Assembly (NCBI GenBank): GCA_040954595.2
Contig: CM082577.2
Coordinates: forward strand, 12,309,654 to 12,373,653
DNA from: Balanoglossus misakiensis
Taxonomy: Eukaryota; Animalia; Hemichordata
Reading direction: 5' to 3'
DNA: 64,000 bases
Under the pieces are notes generated by a model. That model was not told where the DNA came from. It ran no database searches and worked only from the letters and a program-made list of their open reading frames with translations. Below, piece after piece: positions 1 to 13,200 of the stretch (position 1 is the first letter of the stretch; each line of letters starts with the position of its first letter). The position numbers were made by a program, and so were the translations under genes.

Positions 1-2
1 TC

Positions 3-1553
3 ATCGAGGAAGTTGTCATAGCATGTAAAATTGTGGAAGTAAGTAAGCAGTGGAGTCAGGCTGAATTTGAAGACTTCTGTGATGGGTTGAGTATTCTTTC
101 ATGTGTAGATACTCTTAAACTTAGTGGTTGTCATTTTGGAGATGTTGGTGCAGAGAGTTTAAATAAAGGGATGGGGAATATGATTGGGCTGGAACACCTG
201 GATCTTAGTCGTAATAACATTGGAGATGTTGGTGCAGAGAGTTTAAGTAGAGGGATGGGGAATATGACTGGGCTGAGACACCTGGATCTTAGTCATAATA
301 ACATTGGAGATGTTGGTGCTGAGAGTTTAAGTAGAGGGATGGGGAATATGACTGGGTTGGGACACCTGGATCTTAGTCGTAATAACATTGGAGATGTTGG
401 TGCAGAGAGTTTAAGTAGAGGGATGGGGAATATGACTGGGCTGATGCAACTGGATCTTAGTCGTAATAACATTGGAGATGTTGGTGCAGAGAGTTTAAGT
501 AGAGGGATTGGGAATATGACTGAGCTGAGACAACTGGATCTTAGTCATAATAACATTGGATATGTTGGTGCAGAGAGTTTAAGTAAAGGGATGGGGAATA
601 TGACTGAGCTGTGGTACCTGAATCTTAGTCATAATAACATTGGAGATGTTGGTGCAGAGAGTTTAAGTAGAGGGATGGGGAATATGACTGGGCTGAGACA
701 ACTGGATCTTAGTCGTAATAACATTGGAGATGTTGGTGCAGAGAGTTTAAGTAAAGGGATGGGGAATATGACTGGGCTGAAATACCTGCATCTTAGTCAT
801 AATAACATTGGAGATGTTGGTGCAGAGAGTTTAATTAGAGGGATTGGGAATATGATTTGGCTGAGACACCTGGATCTTAGTCATAATAACATTGGAGTTG
901 TTGGTGCAGAGAGTTTAAGTAAAGGGATGGGGAATATGACTTGGCTGAGATACCTGAATCTTAGTCATAATAACATTGGAGATGTTGGTGCAGAGAGTTT
1001 AAGTAAAGGGATGGGGAATATGACTGGGCTGAAATACCTGCATCTTAGTCATAATAACATTGGAGATGTTGGTGCAGAGAGTTTAAGTAAAGGGATGGGG
1101 AATATGACTGGGCTGAAATACCTGCATCTTAGTCATAATAACATTGGAGATGTTGGTGCAGAGAGTTTAAGTAGAGGGATTGGGAATATGACTTGGCTGA
1201 GACACCTGGATCTTAGTCATAATAACATTGGAGATGTTGGTGCAGAGAGCTTAAGAAAATTGAACTATATGACTTGGTCAGAGGATCTTGTTGGCAAAAG
1301 GACTGCTTTGGTTGAGCCATATACCACTTTTAAGTCAGAAATTAGACATAAAAAAAGTCAATCACTAGCAAAAGAATCTGGTCGCAGTGAAAGTCACAAG
1401 TTGAAGTATGACACAAAAACTGCTGCAATGTCTGACTTTAATGTAAGTGAATCAGATGTTGATGTTGATGTTCTCTTATCTAGGAAATTTAAAAGACAAA
1501 GTGAGTCATATACCGCTTCTAGGTCTGAATTTGGACACGAAAAGAAGTCTTAG
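3..1553 (+). CDS. 3' coding exon of an RI-type leucine-rich-repeat protein (NLRC3/NLR-like LRR region); 5' end lies outside the window
   Basis: Frame is open from nt 3. 28-aa repeats LxxLxLSxNNIGDVGAESLSxG are typical of NLR/RI LRRs. Stop TAG at 1551-1553. No NACHT domain is visible, so NLR identity is inferred. Confidence 0.85.
   Translation: MEEVVIACKIVEVSKQWSQAEFEDFCDGLSILSCVDTLKLSGCHFGDVGAESLNKGMGNMIGLEHLDLSRNNIGDVGAESLSRGMGNMTGLRHLDLSHNNIGDVGAESLSRGMGNMTGLGHLDLSRNNIGDVGAESLSRGMGNMTGLMQLDLSRNNIGDVGAESLSRGIGNMTELRQLDLSHNNIGYVGAESLSKGMGNMTELWYLNLSHNNIGDVGAESLSRGMGNMTGLRQLDLSRNNIGDVGAESLSKGMGNMTGLKYLHLSHNNIGDVGAESLIRGIGNMIWLRHLDLSHNNIGVVGAESLSKGMGNMTWLRYLNLSHNNIGDVGAESLSKGMGNMTGLKYLHLSHNNIGDVGAESLSKGMGNMTGLKYLHLSHNNIGDVGAESLSRGIGNMTWLRHLDLSHNNIGDVGAESLRKLNYMTWSEDLVGKRTALVEPYTTFKSEIRHKKSQSLAKESGRSESHKLKYDTKTAAMSDFNVSESDVDVDVLLSRKFKRQSESYTASRSEFGHEKKS
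138..1253 (+). repeat. 84-bp coding tandem repeat (13 full LRR units plus a partial unit)
   Basis: G(D/Y/V)VGAESL recurs every 84 nt at 138, 222 ... 1230. Confidence 0.97.
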
Positions 1554-1945
1554 GCTAAAAGACAATAAGATCTGTTTCCAACTTCTCAATACAAGTCAAA
1601 ATCTGGTTGTTGTAAAAGTCATAAGCTGAAATATGATACAAAATGTGCCGGTGTTCCAATGTTTGGCTTACTCTATTTTACAGAAGAGGGTTCTGCTGAA
1701 TCTGGTGTAGATGTTTTCTTCTCTGGCGAATTTGAAAGATTGGGTGAGCAGCATACATCTTTTTAGGTATGAATTTGGAGATGAAAAAAAGTCTTTGGGG
1801 GAAAAAGACAGGAAGATCTATTTGCTACTTGTCAATGCAAGTCAAAAACTGGTACTTATGAAAGTCACAAACCAATAAAGATTGGATGATCCATTGGCAA
1901 TGTCTAATGTCAGAATCTGGTCGCTATGAAAGTTACAAAGCAAAA
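1310..1945 (+). repeat. Degenerate ~225-245 bp tandem repeat straddling the LRR-gene stop codon
   Basis: aatctggt..aaagtca(c/t)aa motif near 1375, 1600, 1846 and 1914; 1488-1610 aligns by eye with 1731-1855. Confidence 0.7.
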
Positions 1946-2499
1946 TGATTGTATGATCCATTTCCCATCTCTAATTAAAGCCATGACGTCTCCACATTGG
2001 ATTCAGTAAATATAACATCATTTTAAGTCACTTGTTTTTCATGAGTGTACCATGAGTTTTGGAGCATTGTCCATGAACAATGAGTGATACTGGTCTGTTG
2101 TGGGTATTTCTGACTTGAATGTGTTTTTCCAGGTCATATCTGAAAGTCAATATTCAAGTTGGTATTAGTCGTTTCAGTCAGCTGTGACTCAATTGTGCTT
2201 TTTCCCGTAGTCCAACTGCTGACCTGTTTCCAACCAATAAGTCACTGTTTTTTGCTGTGGTTTGGGAAGGTTGGTGGTAAATGGTTTCAGATCAGTAACA
2301 CTTCTGTTCCACATCAATATGACTGCATTGACATACCAATGGGAACCTGTTGAAATGACTGGGGAAGACCATGCAGTAATTATTGATCCAGATGCCGTCC
2401 ATAACAAAAATAGTGTAGGTAAAACCACGGCAGTTCAAACACATGATCGACATATACAATACGCCCATTAGGTTGTACATAATCATCGATGTGCATTGT

Positions 2500-3085
2500 T
2501 TGTATCATTTTCATAATGACATATTGTGTCTTCTTTTTTCCTGGGAACACTGCAGTGGTCCTCACATGACATTTTATTCCTGAGTGTCTAATTACTCTGG
2601 TGGTGCCTTATGGATATTTGTTCACTTGCTCTCACAGTCTGACCTTTCAGTTCAAAATGGTTGTAAGTTTGGGTATTGTTTTGAGTTGTTGTTTTATGGC
2701 CAAAGTTTCTGTACAATTTCTGTTCTGGTAGATTTTCCTGTAGCCTTCTGTCAACTGATGAACATGTTTCCAAGTAACAGATAAAACCAGGAATTGGAAG
2801 GCACATACAAACTTTACTTAGTGACCATACAGGCAGCCATACCAATGAACATATTCCATTGTAGTACGTCGCTCATCCACACATATTAATTTTGTTAGTG
2901 TCATTTTCACATATGACTTTATTTTGCAACACTGCAGTAATATACGTGCACACTTTTTTTATTCCAGAGTAGATCTTATTAAAGTGGGCCTTATGGATAT
3001 TTGTTCACATGCCCTGACAGCTTGAACTGTAAATGGCCTGTAACTTTGGGTATTTGTTTGAGGTGTTGTTTGATGACAAAAGTTA
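2500..3085 (+). repeat. Degenerate local duplication (~2500-2710 vs ~2895-3085)
   Basis: Shared blocks aacactgcagt, gccttatggatatttgttcac and tttgggtatt in the same order. Confidence 0.65.
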
Positions 3086-5259
3086 CCATAGTACTTACCA
3101 TATAAGCTGAGATAGAGAACTAATGAATATTAAACAATGAATAATAATTTCCCTCCACTAGTTTGTCGATTTGCCAGAAGGACTGTGATGATCATGAAAT
3201 AAACAGAAATCAATCATTCGTCAAAACACATTTCATTGTCATATGTGCCAAGATCAGTTAAAAAGTCAGGTTGTGTCTGAACCAGAAAATAGAACTTCTC
3301 CAACTCATTACAAAGATCATACAATTGTCATCAGCTCCCAATTGGAATAATTATGTAATGTATATCGGAAGGAGATTTTCAGATCTTTAGGCATTGATTG
3401 TCCATATGTAACATACATTATAGTCCTATATTTATTTTATTTTTTATCAAGACTTGAAATTGGCAGTACTTATTAACCAGACATTTCAAGTGTATGAATT
3501 GGTTGAGTTTTAACCTATTACCTGTATATGTTGTAAATATTACATTTCCTTTTCATATCTTGTCAAAATTTGTTTTCACACTGGATATTTTATCAATCAG
3601 AATTTTTTATTAGGCCATTTTATTGAAGTTGAACTTTCATTTCTACAGTGGTGAGTACATTTTTAATAATGACTAGTTTATAATGGTTTTTGTTCGGAGT
3701 GGTACAGAAGAATTGAATCCACCATTACACTTTTATGAACTTTAATATTTTGGAATTTCTTTTAACATTTAATATTATTTGCAATCATGTACATTGGAGC
3801 AGTTCCACTTTGTGTCTGCTTGGACTTGCTAGCAACTGTGTTGTATGGGACCCATACTTTCAGCTGCAGGTGAGATGACCTCTACCCTTTAATCTGTTCT
3901 GTTTATTTTATGTTTTATGTTTATTGTTGTTAAGTTTAATACATTTTTGTTAAGTATTACCAAGAGTTTTCATAATTATTCCATTCTAAATGTAGATTAA
4001 ACCTCTGATATAAATCCAGCAATCATGTTTTAATTTGTGTTGTTTACTTTTGTTTAGGTTTATCATTGAAAATTTATTATTTATTAGTATTACATATAGT
4101 AGTCAATTTATGATCATTATTTAATTTTTAATGACTTGGTTCAAAGGAAGTTATGAATTGTGCACGCAAGTTTTATATTGTGTTATATTTTTGTTCTAGT
4201 TTATTCATTTATTATTGATAGAAACTTTTTTGTTGATTATTGCATGAAGCATTAAATTTCCATCATTATTACATTATTTTCTAGTTTATTTTATATGAGA
4301 ATTTGGTTTAAAGGGAAAAATTGATAACTTTTGAAAATTTCGGTTATTTTCGTTTCATTTGATGGGCTATTGATGTTTGTCTACTCACTGAAACATGTTC
4401 AATGGATAGTTGTTACAATTCAACTCACACCCTGTACTTGAATATAACAAAATGTCAGCAATATAATTTTTGGTATGGACCAAAAATTAAATGATGGAAG
4501 AATTCATGTGTAATATCCATATATGGGTTGTGAAGTGAGTTGTGACAATCGGTCAATGAGCATGTTTCGGTTAGTAGAACAACATAAAAAGTCCATCGAA
4601 AGAATCTAAAATAACAAAATAATGTCAAAAGTTTGTGACTTTGTTCCTTTATCTGTGATATAATTGTTTGAATGAAAGCGAACACAGTATACTGGAGTTT
4701 GAGCAGAACATCCGCTAACTGCAGAGAATTTACCAACTCAGCTCTGTGCAATCAAGCTCACTCTATATTCACCCCCACACAAACAGTTCCACATAAACAC
4801 ATCTTGCATGAAATGATGCCAAAGTCAACAAAAACCCCTGACTTGGTCAGGTTTTACGTATAATCACAACCAGTCCTTCAAATCTGAAATACTTGCCATA
4901 GGACCAAATTTTAATGACCACAAATTAACCTGTCTCAAATCTATAATGTTTTCAATTTGATCTGAAAAAAAAATATTTTGGATCCAGTACATCCAATCAA
5001 ATCACTATAATCCCCCAAATTGAATCCAGGTTCAGTTGTGATTAGCGCCCTCATGTGGTCATAATACCACAGAAGTAATCTTTCGTACGACATTTTACAT
5101 ACACATCAATTGATTGAGCAAAATCATGACTTAGAATTTATTCTTTTAAAACTTTCACTTATCTACAGTCCACAGAAACAGGTTTTATGCACAGATAGGG
5201 TTGGAGTATCTGTCTATAGGCTAGATCAAGCTGATCCCATGGGTACTAAATCCACAAGA

Positions 5260-6755
5260 TGACCATGAAGAACAGAAACATAAGAAGATCCTATAGAGGG
5301 CGTCTGTTGGTTAATATTTAACAGACTCGCATGACTGGAAGCGGGATGTGATAGGGTGCAAGCTGGAGGCTGGATTTTGAAGAGATCTACCAGAACTGAA
5401 AGTAAGTGTTTTCTTGCTACTGCAATCTATAATTCTTGATAAATCTGGAAAATAAGTGCATGAGGAATTATTTGAATTGGATTTTTGAACAGCATTCCTG
5501 CAAAATAATAGTTTAAACGGCAAATCTACTTGTGTTCAGGGGTCACCTGGGGACACTTTAAGTGGCATTTTCAGTAGCTATTTCCTTGTACTAAATTTGG
5601 GATCAAGAAAATATCAATAGCGATAAAAGACGGATAGTATCGTTCTTAGGCTGCATTCACAAACACCTCTGGAGGGGGAGGGGGAGAATTGAGGGGGGGA
5701 TTTGAAAAAATTGAGGGTATGTAAGGAGGGGGATTTGAAATAATTTAGGGACTGAAAGGGGGGGGGGGACTTGAAAACTTTAAGGGCTAAATATTTATTT
5801 TGAGTCCACATAAATGCAGTTTTGAACCTTTCATAATACAAATTGTTCTCATGTGGGAAGGGGACACCCCCTCCCACACCCACCCCATCATTCATCAACA
5901 CCTTTAAATCATTGACTGGTTTATCTAGTGTCCCCCCCCCCCATGCTAACTTTGAGCGCCGAAGGTTAAATTTGTCCTCCCCAACATACCGGTAGTTGAG
6001 TTAATTTGCTTTTGGGTTCATTAAAATGCAGTTTTGAACTCTGTATTTTATAAACTTTTCCCTCCCAAACCCACCCCCTTCAATTCTCGGTTTACAATGT
6101 CTCCCAACACAGAATACAAAATACTTAATAAATACAAACAATGTTCAGTTTTAATACCCAATGATAAGGGGAAACATCAGTTTCAATTACCTTTCATGGG
6201 AGCGCTGTTTTTCTTTTTTACAAGATAGATAGGTGATGTGTTTTGCTGTGTGAAAGAAAATGGGGGGGGGGGGGGATTTGAAAATTTTAGCAGTTCGGAA
6301 GTGGGGGATTTGAAAATATTTTGGGTTGTGTACGGCATGTGAAAATTAACGGTAAAAAAAATTGAATTCCCCCCCCCCCTCCAAAGGTGTTTGTGAATGC
6401 AGCCTTAGTGTTTTTGGTTGTTCAGCTAAATTCAAAGACTAGACCGGAATCATTATGAGTTCAGAAAGTAGTTGACATTTGTGATTTAATTCATTAGTGA
6501 CGTTCTCAGACAATAGCCCTTACCACTAGCGAATAACAGGTAGTCATAATGATATTCAGGCAGTCCCTCGACTGGGTGTGTTGTAGAGACCACACAGCCG
6601 AGGGAGTGGTTATGGACTATGGACCTCAGCTCGGTAGGCGATCGATTTTAAAGTAGTGGACAAGTTGTATTTTCACGACAGCCACAGGAGTAGAAGTCTG
6701 AGGTATGACAAAATCTTTTGTATATAATCACATCAACAAACAAACATTAAAACCA
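5260..6755 (+). promoter_or_regulatory. Putative 5' region / non-coding first exon of gene A; paralogous to 22955-23652
   Basis: Colinear similarity to 22955-23652 once the MITE is removed; conserved donor aaa/gtaagtg at ~5402 and ~23087. Promoter role is inferred from position only. Confidence 0.5.
5649..6404. mobile_element. PIF/Harbinger-type MITE
   Basis: TIRs ggctgcattcacaaacacc / ggtgtttgtgaatgcagcc; TTA TSD on both sides; empty site with a single TTA in the paralogous region near 23330. Confidence 0.92.
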
Positions 6756-8576
6756 GTGAGAAGAGTGTGTCCAATCCACAACAAAATTACGACTCCTTAT
6801 TTTTCTATTCTTATTTCTATTCAACATTCCATTTCTCAGTTCACAATACAAACCTAAAAATGACGGTTCCATGAGAATATCAGTGGGTAAAATCAATACG
6901 AGAAAGATGGCGATGATGATTGACAGGCAAAATGTATCAAAATTCTGGTCCTCATGACTGATCCACGAATCTGATTCGCAGACAAGACGCAAAGAGTATA
7001 AAACTTGAAGTCGACTTGACTTTATGAATGAAAATTGTCCCATCATTTTCATATCTGTGGGGGTTCACAGATCGTTGCGCTGGCGGAAGAAAGTAATCCC
7101 GCAAAATAAAATGCTGGGCTGCTCGAATTTTTTAGCAAGAAATTGGAATACTTTTATCCTACCTCTTCAAACGAAAAATAAGAAGACAGTTCATGTGATA
7201 AATATTTTTCGTTGTTTGACATCATCATATACAATGTACTCTTGGTTTCCGAGGAGTCGTATATCTTCTCGCCTGCAGCTCGAAGTTGCACGGCTCAACA
7301 AAAACCACTCGTGTGTGATGTATGTCAAAAAATGAAAAATATCATGGGATTTAGATATCTACACATATATGATTTATAAATACCCAAACCTGGAAATAAT
7401 CATGAAAGCAATTTTATTTTTATCAAATTTTTGAATGCTGTCACATATGCTACCCTCCGGACATGAACTTTTAATGAAACATATTTTTAAATGCACTGTA
7501 GGTCAGTTTTGATAAATTAGTAATATTTAACTAAATTAACATATCAACATATTTCTCTCAAGAACTGTTTTGATGGATCAGTAGATAGAGAAAGAGACTG
7601 GAGGCACATCCCTGAGGGTGACCTGATGCAATTTTGTTTTTTTTGTCTTTCACTTCAGCTTTCTTTTCCAACATTTCTAGGCTTCTAACCACAATTGGAA
7701 TTCTGAAAGAAAATTTATCATTGTTTTTTTGTTAATAGATTTATTGCTCAACAACACACTCAGGGAGTGCGATAAGGCAAAATTGACACAACTGTCATTT
7801 TACTGAACTCAACGAAGCTGCTGCTGGTAACTGTGGTCTGCACACTGCAACTATTTGATGAGATAACATTAACAAGGTACGTACCATAGAGTAAGATTGC
7901 GAACACAAGTTTAAGTAATGATAACTGAATTTAGATTAAGGTCTAGCTATATTCTGTCCATACTTAGACATGGTGTTAATGTATAGTATAGTTAAAATTT
8001 AACCATACATATTGTAGCCTGTGACCTCATTTGACCTTCCAGGCTCCACTGCCCTTCCACAGTGTCAATCTGTCAATCATGTAGAATATCTAACTGTATG
8101 GACTGCATGTTTTGTCGCCATTCTATAAAGGCTATAGAATTAAGTTACACAGTACCACACAACCTGGACATTGGTCATATGGAGGTCTACAGATAGACTT
8201 AAAATTCTCATAATTTAACACGTTCATGTTCTCACTGAAAAAAGCATTTAGTCTTTTTAGGTACAAGATGTAAGAACAACAAATACCGAAAAAAAATCCT
8301 TAGTAATGATTATGGTTAAATAAAACTGTATTTGCATGGTCACTCATGATGTCAAATGCAGAGTATTTGGTTAATATTTAATCAGACATGTTGTACTTGT
8401 AGCCTGGTTTCTAACAGACTGTGACCTCAATTGACCTTCTAGGGGCTCCACACTCAGTGTTGCACTGTGACTGTGTGCATAGATATTTAAACAGTCACTC
8501 TTTAGGGAAACATTGTTACATCTGACATTCATGTACATGTATATCCTTGCCCATACTTTTTCCTGGTAGAAACACA

Positions 8577-10284
8577 ATGTCAGAACCATCTGCAGCACTG
8601 GTTGTATTGAAATCATGGGACAAAGATGCAAAGACCTCCCAACCAACTCAAGCTACAATCAAACATCTCAAAGAAAACACACTCCAGTCTGAGAATATTT
8701 CTGAATTACACTGTACTACCCTTGAGGTTGAAGTGAGCGAAGAACAAAGGAAAGATGCAGAGAGTGTTGGTGTTAATTTGATCACACCTATAAGAGACAA
8801 GAGATTGGATCCTTCTGAAGACCCCCCTGTAACAAACTGGCTTGTTAACCATGGTACATACTTCCCAGGACTGAAGGACCTGAAAAACATCAAGCATGTG
8901 GTCGGATTCTCTCCAAAGACAAAAAATGCTGCAGCTGCAATCCATGAAAGTCTCTTCCCTGAAGCCAAACTTCATCAACTCCATCTTCCTGATCCACCTC
9001 CTGGGGCACTGTTTGTGTATGATGAATGGAACAAAGAAGACTGTGGCTTGACTGGGTTTCACAGAAATCTCGTACAAGATTTCTGTGCAAGGAAACTTGA
9101 AGAAGGAGCACCTGTTAAAGCCTACTCCACCTTTGTTGGTGTCAAAGCCAGTGATGACCAGAAGGCAGATGCTGCCAGTTGTCGTGTTACGTTGGTTCTT
9201 GCACAAAGACAGGGAAGACTCGACCCAGATGACGACAAGCCAGAATTGAAGTGGTTGCTGTATCATAAAATCTTCTATCCTGACTTACAAAAGCTTGTAA
9301 ACATCCAGCATGTTGTTGGTTACGCTCCCAAGACCGGCCTCGCTGCTGCTGACATCAGAGAGAAAGTATTTCCAGGTGCAGAACTAGTGATGATCAACCA
9401 TGCCTATGAAGATGATAACTGTCTGCTGGGATTATCAACAGAAAAGTTCAGTGAAATGATGCTGAAGATGGCCAGTGAAGCTGACATCATTTTCTCAATT
9501 GGTCCCAGTGTGTATGAACATTTCAAGAGACAATACCGGGCTGCCTTTGATGACAGGGAACTACACAAGATCCCTCATGCAGAGATTGTCCCCAAACCTG
9601 CTGAAGCCTTTTTCAAGATGGACCCACAGTTACCAGATGGAATGACTACTCACAGCATACTGACATACGGACAGATTGATACCCAAGAAGCCTTGGACAG
9701 ATGTGAGACACTAGCAGCTTCTATTGGAAGTGCAGCACAAGTACTGAAAGATGTTTATGACAAACTTCTTTATTGGTCAATACAGGGAGCTTCTCGACAA
9801 GCAGGTCATGCTGAACGAAAAAATCTCCTAAAGCAGATAAACAGCGATCACGTAAAGGCACATCTTCTCCCTGCTTACTCGGCAAAGACCTTAAGGAGAT
9901 CACTTTATCAATCTGACATTTGCCTTCCACCACCTTTCAGTGTGGACTATGGATTTAGTGGTTTAGAAGGTGTAGCATCCGGAACACCAACCTATCCCAC
10001 TGAATATTCCCAGCTTGGAAAGTTGGTCAAGAAATACTTTCCATACTACGCAGACAGATTTGTAGTTTCACAGTCACCTGATAAGATTTCAGAGAAGGTA
10101 ATACTGAGTGTCAAGAATCCCAGGTTAGCTTTTGAAGAAGCTAAGGAGCTGAAGGAGGCTTTCATGGAGAGTGAAGATGTCAAGAAGAGCTATGCAACAT
10201 TTGCCAGTTTGTTGACACCAAAAGGAAGAAAACAACAGGAAGCTGAACATGACCAATGCAGTAAGGAAACAACAAAAGCAACAG
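8577..10284 (+). CDS. Gene A exon 1: glycosyltransferase family 4-like (GT-B, GT4-conflict-type) domain with an extra N-terminal half-copy
   Basis: LFVYDEWNKEDCGLTGFHRNL, VVGYAPKTG, ADIIFSIGP and DICLPPPFSVDYGFSGLEGVASGTP match GT4 motifs. Acceptor AG 8568-69, ATG 8577, donor 10285. Confidence 0.8.
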
Positions 10285-13200
10285 GTACAGTTTAAGTAAT
10301 CTTATGTTTGGTAAAGAATTCATGGTTAAGTTTTCTTTATTCTTCAACTTCAAGGCTGGATGTCTGCACTTTGAATTCAATCCTCATTCAGATAGTGTTG
10401 CAACATGTTAATAAATAATGTGGCTCTAAGTTTCCCCATAGCAATACCCCAATTGTACTAGTCTATTTTTTGTTGTTGAAAGACCAGATCTAAATGCACT
10501 GGTGCATGAGGTAAATGGTATGTTCTATAATAGGATCAGTTTTTTTTGCCAGCTAATCATTCAAACAATAAGTTTGCTTCAAACATTGTCATATAGCTTA
10601 TGTACTTCTGCCATTCTGAAACAGCAATTGCAGTTCCAGTCCAGCCAGATGGAGATGTCCGTCAACAAAATCCAACAACAGCAGCAGAGCAGCAGACATC
10701 AAGTCAACCACCAGCAAAGAGAACAGCAGAAGAAGCATTGAATGACACAAACCAACAAACTACGAAAGTCCACATTGAGGAATTGGAAGAAACGGATACA
10801 AGTATGACAGCAGAGCCACTACAAAACACAGAAAACCATGATGACACAACAATTACAATCCGTGTCGGACTGGATGAAAATGTGTATCAGCAGCATCTAC
10901 AAGACGAAGCACCGAATGAAGCAATGCAGCAGACGGCTTCTGCATCATGGGATAAATGCAAACAGGATTTGGAGAGAAGAGCAGCTGAAGTGGTAACCAA
11001 CAGCGATGACGTCAACAAAGTCAAGAAGGCCTGCACTGACACAATGGGTGAAGTGGACGTAACCAATTTGAAGGAGGGATCGCTGCAAATCACAGTCAAC
11101 ATGTGTAGACTTTACAACCTCTACAGATTGCGGGGAAGCTGTCTTGAATCAAGAAGTTTAGCCAAGGTGTTAGAACCAATCTTCACGACAGATGAAATGA
11201 CAGAGGCCAACACAGCTGGAATTCCACTACAGTTGACAGCAACATATGACCAAGCCAGGTTTGATGAACTGGAACTATTCTTCCTGAACAGTAAGTCTGT
11301 TCCTAAGTTTCTGATTTTTAGTTTTACAGTTTGCATTTCTGATTTGTACATTTTGGCACTAGCCATAATATGGGCCGGCTTCTTGGTCTAAGACAGTACA
11401 GACATCCTCTCCAGCAACTAAAGAAATAGTAACTTCCCTCATAAGCATGGTAATCAGACCAGACTGTATGACTGCTCATGAACAAGAGCAAATATAAAGT
11501 AAGACAGCCAGGCTGCTCAGTCTACACATGATTACATGAATAACACTTGGTTCAGCTTATAACAAAGAACTGCACCGAAACACTAAAACACTTTAAAATA
11601 AATTTTAAAGATGCAAAATAATAATTGTTTCTAAGAAACACAATTAAAACATTTGCATGGTTAACTGTCATCTCTTTAAGCTAATTTCTCAAGTCTTAAA
11701 CATTTTTTCCATGACCAAAGAATCAAGAGTGTATGTATTACACTACACATTTCCTGTTTTATTATCTTCCACTTCCAGGAGATGGTGGGGGAATAAAATC
11801 AGTGAAAGTGTGTGATGACAGTGTAGAAGAGGAAAGTGATGATGATATAATTGATCAGGTAATGATACATTTAGATTGTTATGTGAGTGAATGAAACAAT
11901 ATCATGTTAAATTAAATGACAACACAGTTACTGTAATGATTCTGAAAACAATAATGAGTTCGTCTTTTTTAACGATTATTCACTACCAAATACTGATAAA
12001 TACTAATTTATAAAAGCTCCATTATATCCAACTAAGGATCACAGAACATGCATGGCTTTCCAAGATGCAGAGATGGAAATTCATTCTGATCATTTCCAGA
12101 CTGACCTGAAACGAGGTAAGTACAAGTTTTGGGGCTTGATCATCATGTTAATACTTGTATGTTGTTATATCATTTGAGTTTCCTAAACCTTACTGTTACT
12201 CTGGGCAAAGGTGCCAATTTAGGTCTCTTGGATAGAGACCATTTAATCACAGATAGAGACATTTCATCATTATTGTTTTACCAAGAAGTTAAAAGAATTG
12301 TACATATATGTCTTGCAGGTGGGACAATATACAAGACATTTCTGGAAATTGATCCAGCATGTGAATTCCAGAAGTTAGCTGACAAATATGCACCTCTGAT
12401 ATTTGACAGTGAGCAGTGTAAAAGACAGAAAGGAAGAGAGTTTGACATCATACAACTATCAGGGAAAATGACCAAGAAAGTTCAGAATATCCTATCTCAC
12501 AGACCTCAAGTCTTAGAGTTACTGGGTGTTAGAAGGTATCTTATGACTGACACAGAAAGGGCTGATTTCAGTGAATCAGGTAATAAACAGTTATTTTTTT
12601 AAACATTACTAGCAATTCAGTCACCAAATCTGACAAGCATTACACACTCTAAAGGTTTGAAACTGAAACTCTGAGAAATTTTTCTTTCAGTACCAAGATA
12701 TGAGGTTGTAGTAAAGTGTAAGCTTTTCTGTGATAGTGGTATTTTTACAAAGCAGCCAAATAGTACAGGAAATATTTTCCCCATTTTAAAAAATGACTAA
12801 GTCTCACAAGTCACAACAAATAAGTATCGCCATTCATCCATCGGTAATATTTTCTATCAATTTATACTGAACTAGAGCATTCAAAATTGATGGAATTTGA
12901 CAAAGCCATTTCCTGAATATCCTACCGAGGTCAATAATTTTGTGAAATTTACTTAATCACAGATTTAAATAAGAAGGTGAAAGTAAAGTATTTGATTGCT
13001 TAATGTACATCATACATTTAAATTATTATTCATTCTTCTTCATTTCAGATTTGGAGGGAAAAATCATACAATATGGCACACCAGTTTTTTCCATTGCAGA
13101 TGAATCTATAAGCTCTAAAGCAAAAAGCTTACTGCCCTTTGAAGTTAGTCTAAAACAGTTCCAAGAAATGCAGTCCTTGAAATCAGATAAGAAATCTCTA

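Noticed and set aside
138-1253. CRISPR-like regular repeat
   Set aside because: In-frame 84-bp LRR codons with no unique spacers.
5043-5060. CTCF-like motifs (also ~17885, ~18078, ~26950)
   Set aside because: Partial matches, some inside repeats; not distinguishable from chance.
8547-8576. ORF-track starts at 8547, 10600, 12129, 13003, 51153 and 59760
   Set aside because: Intronic extensions upstream of clear splice acceptors.
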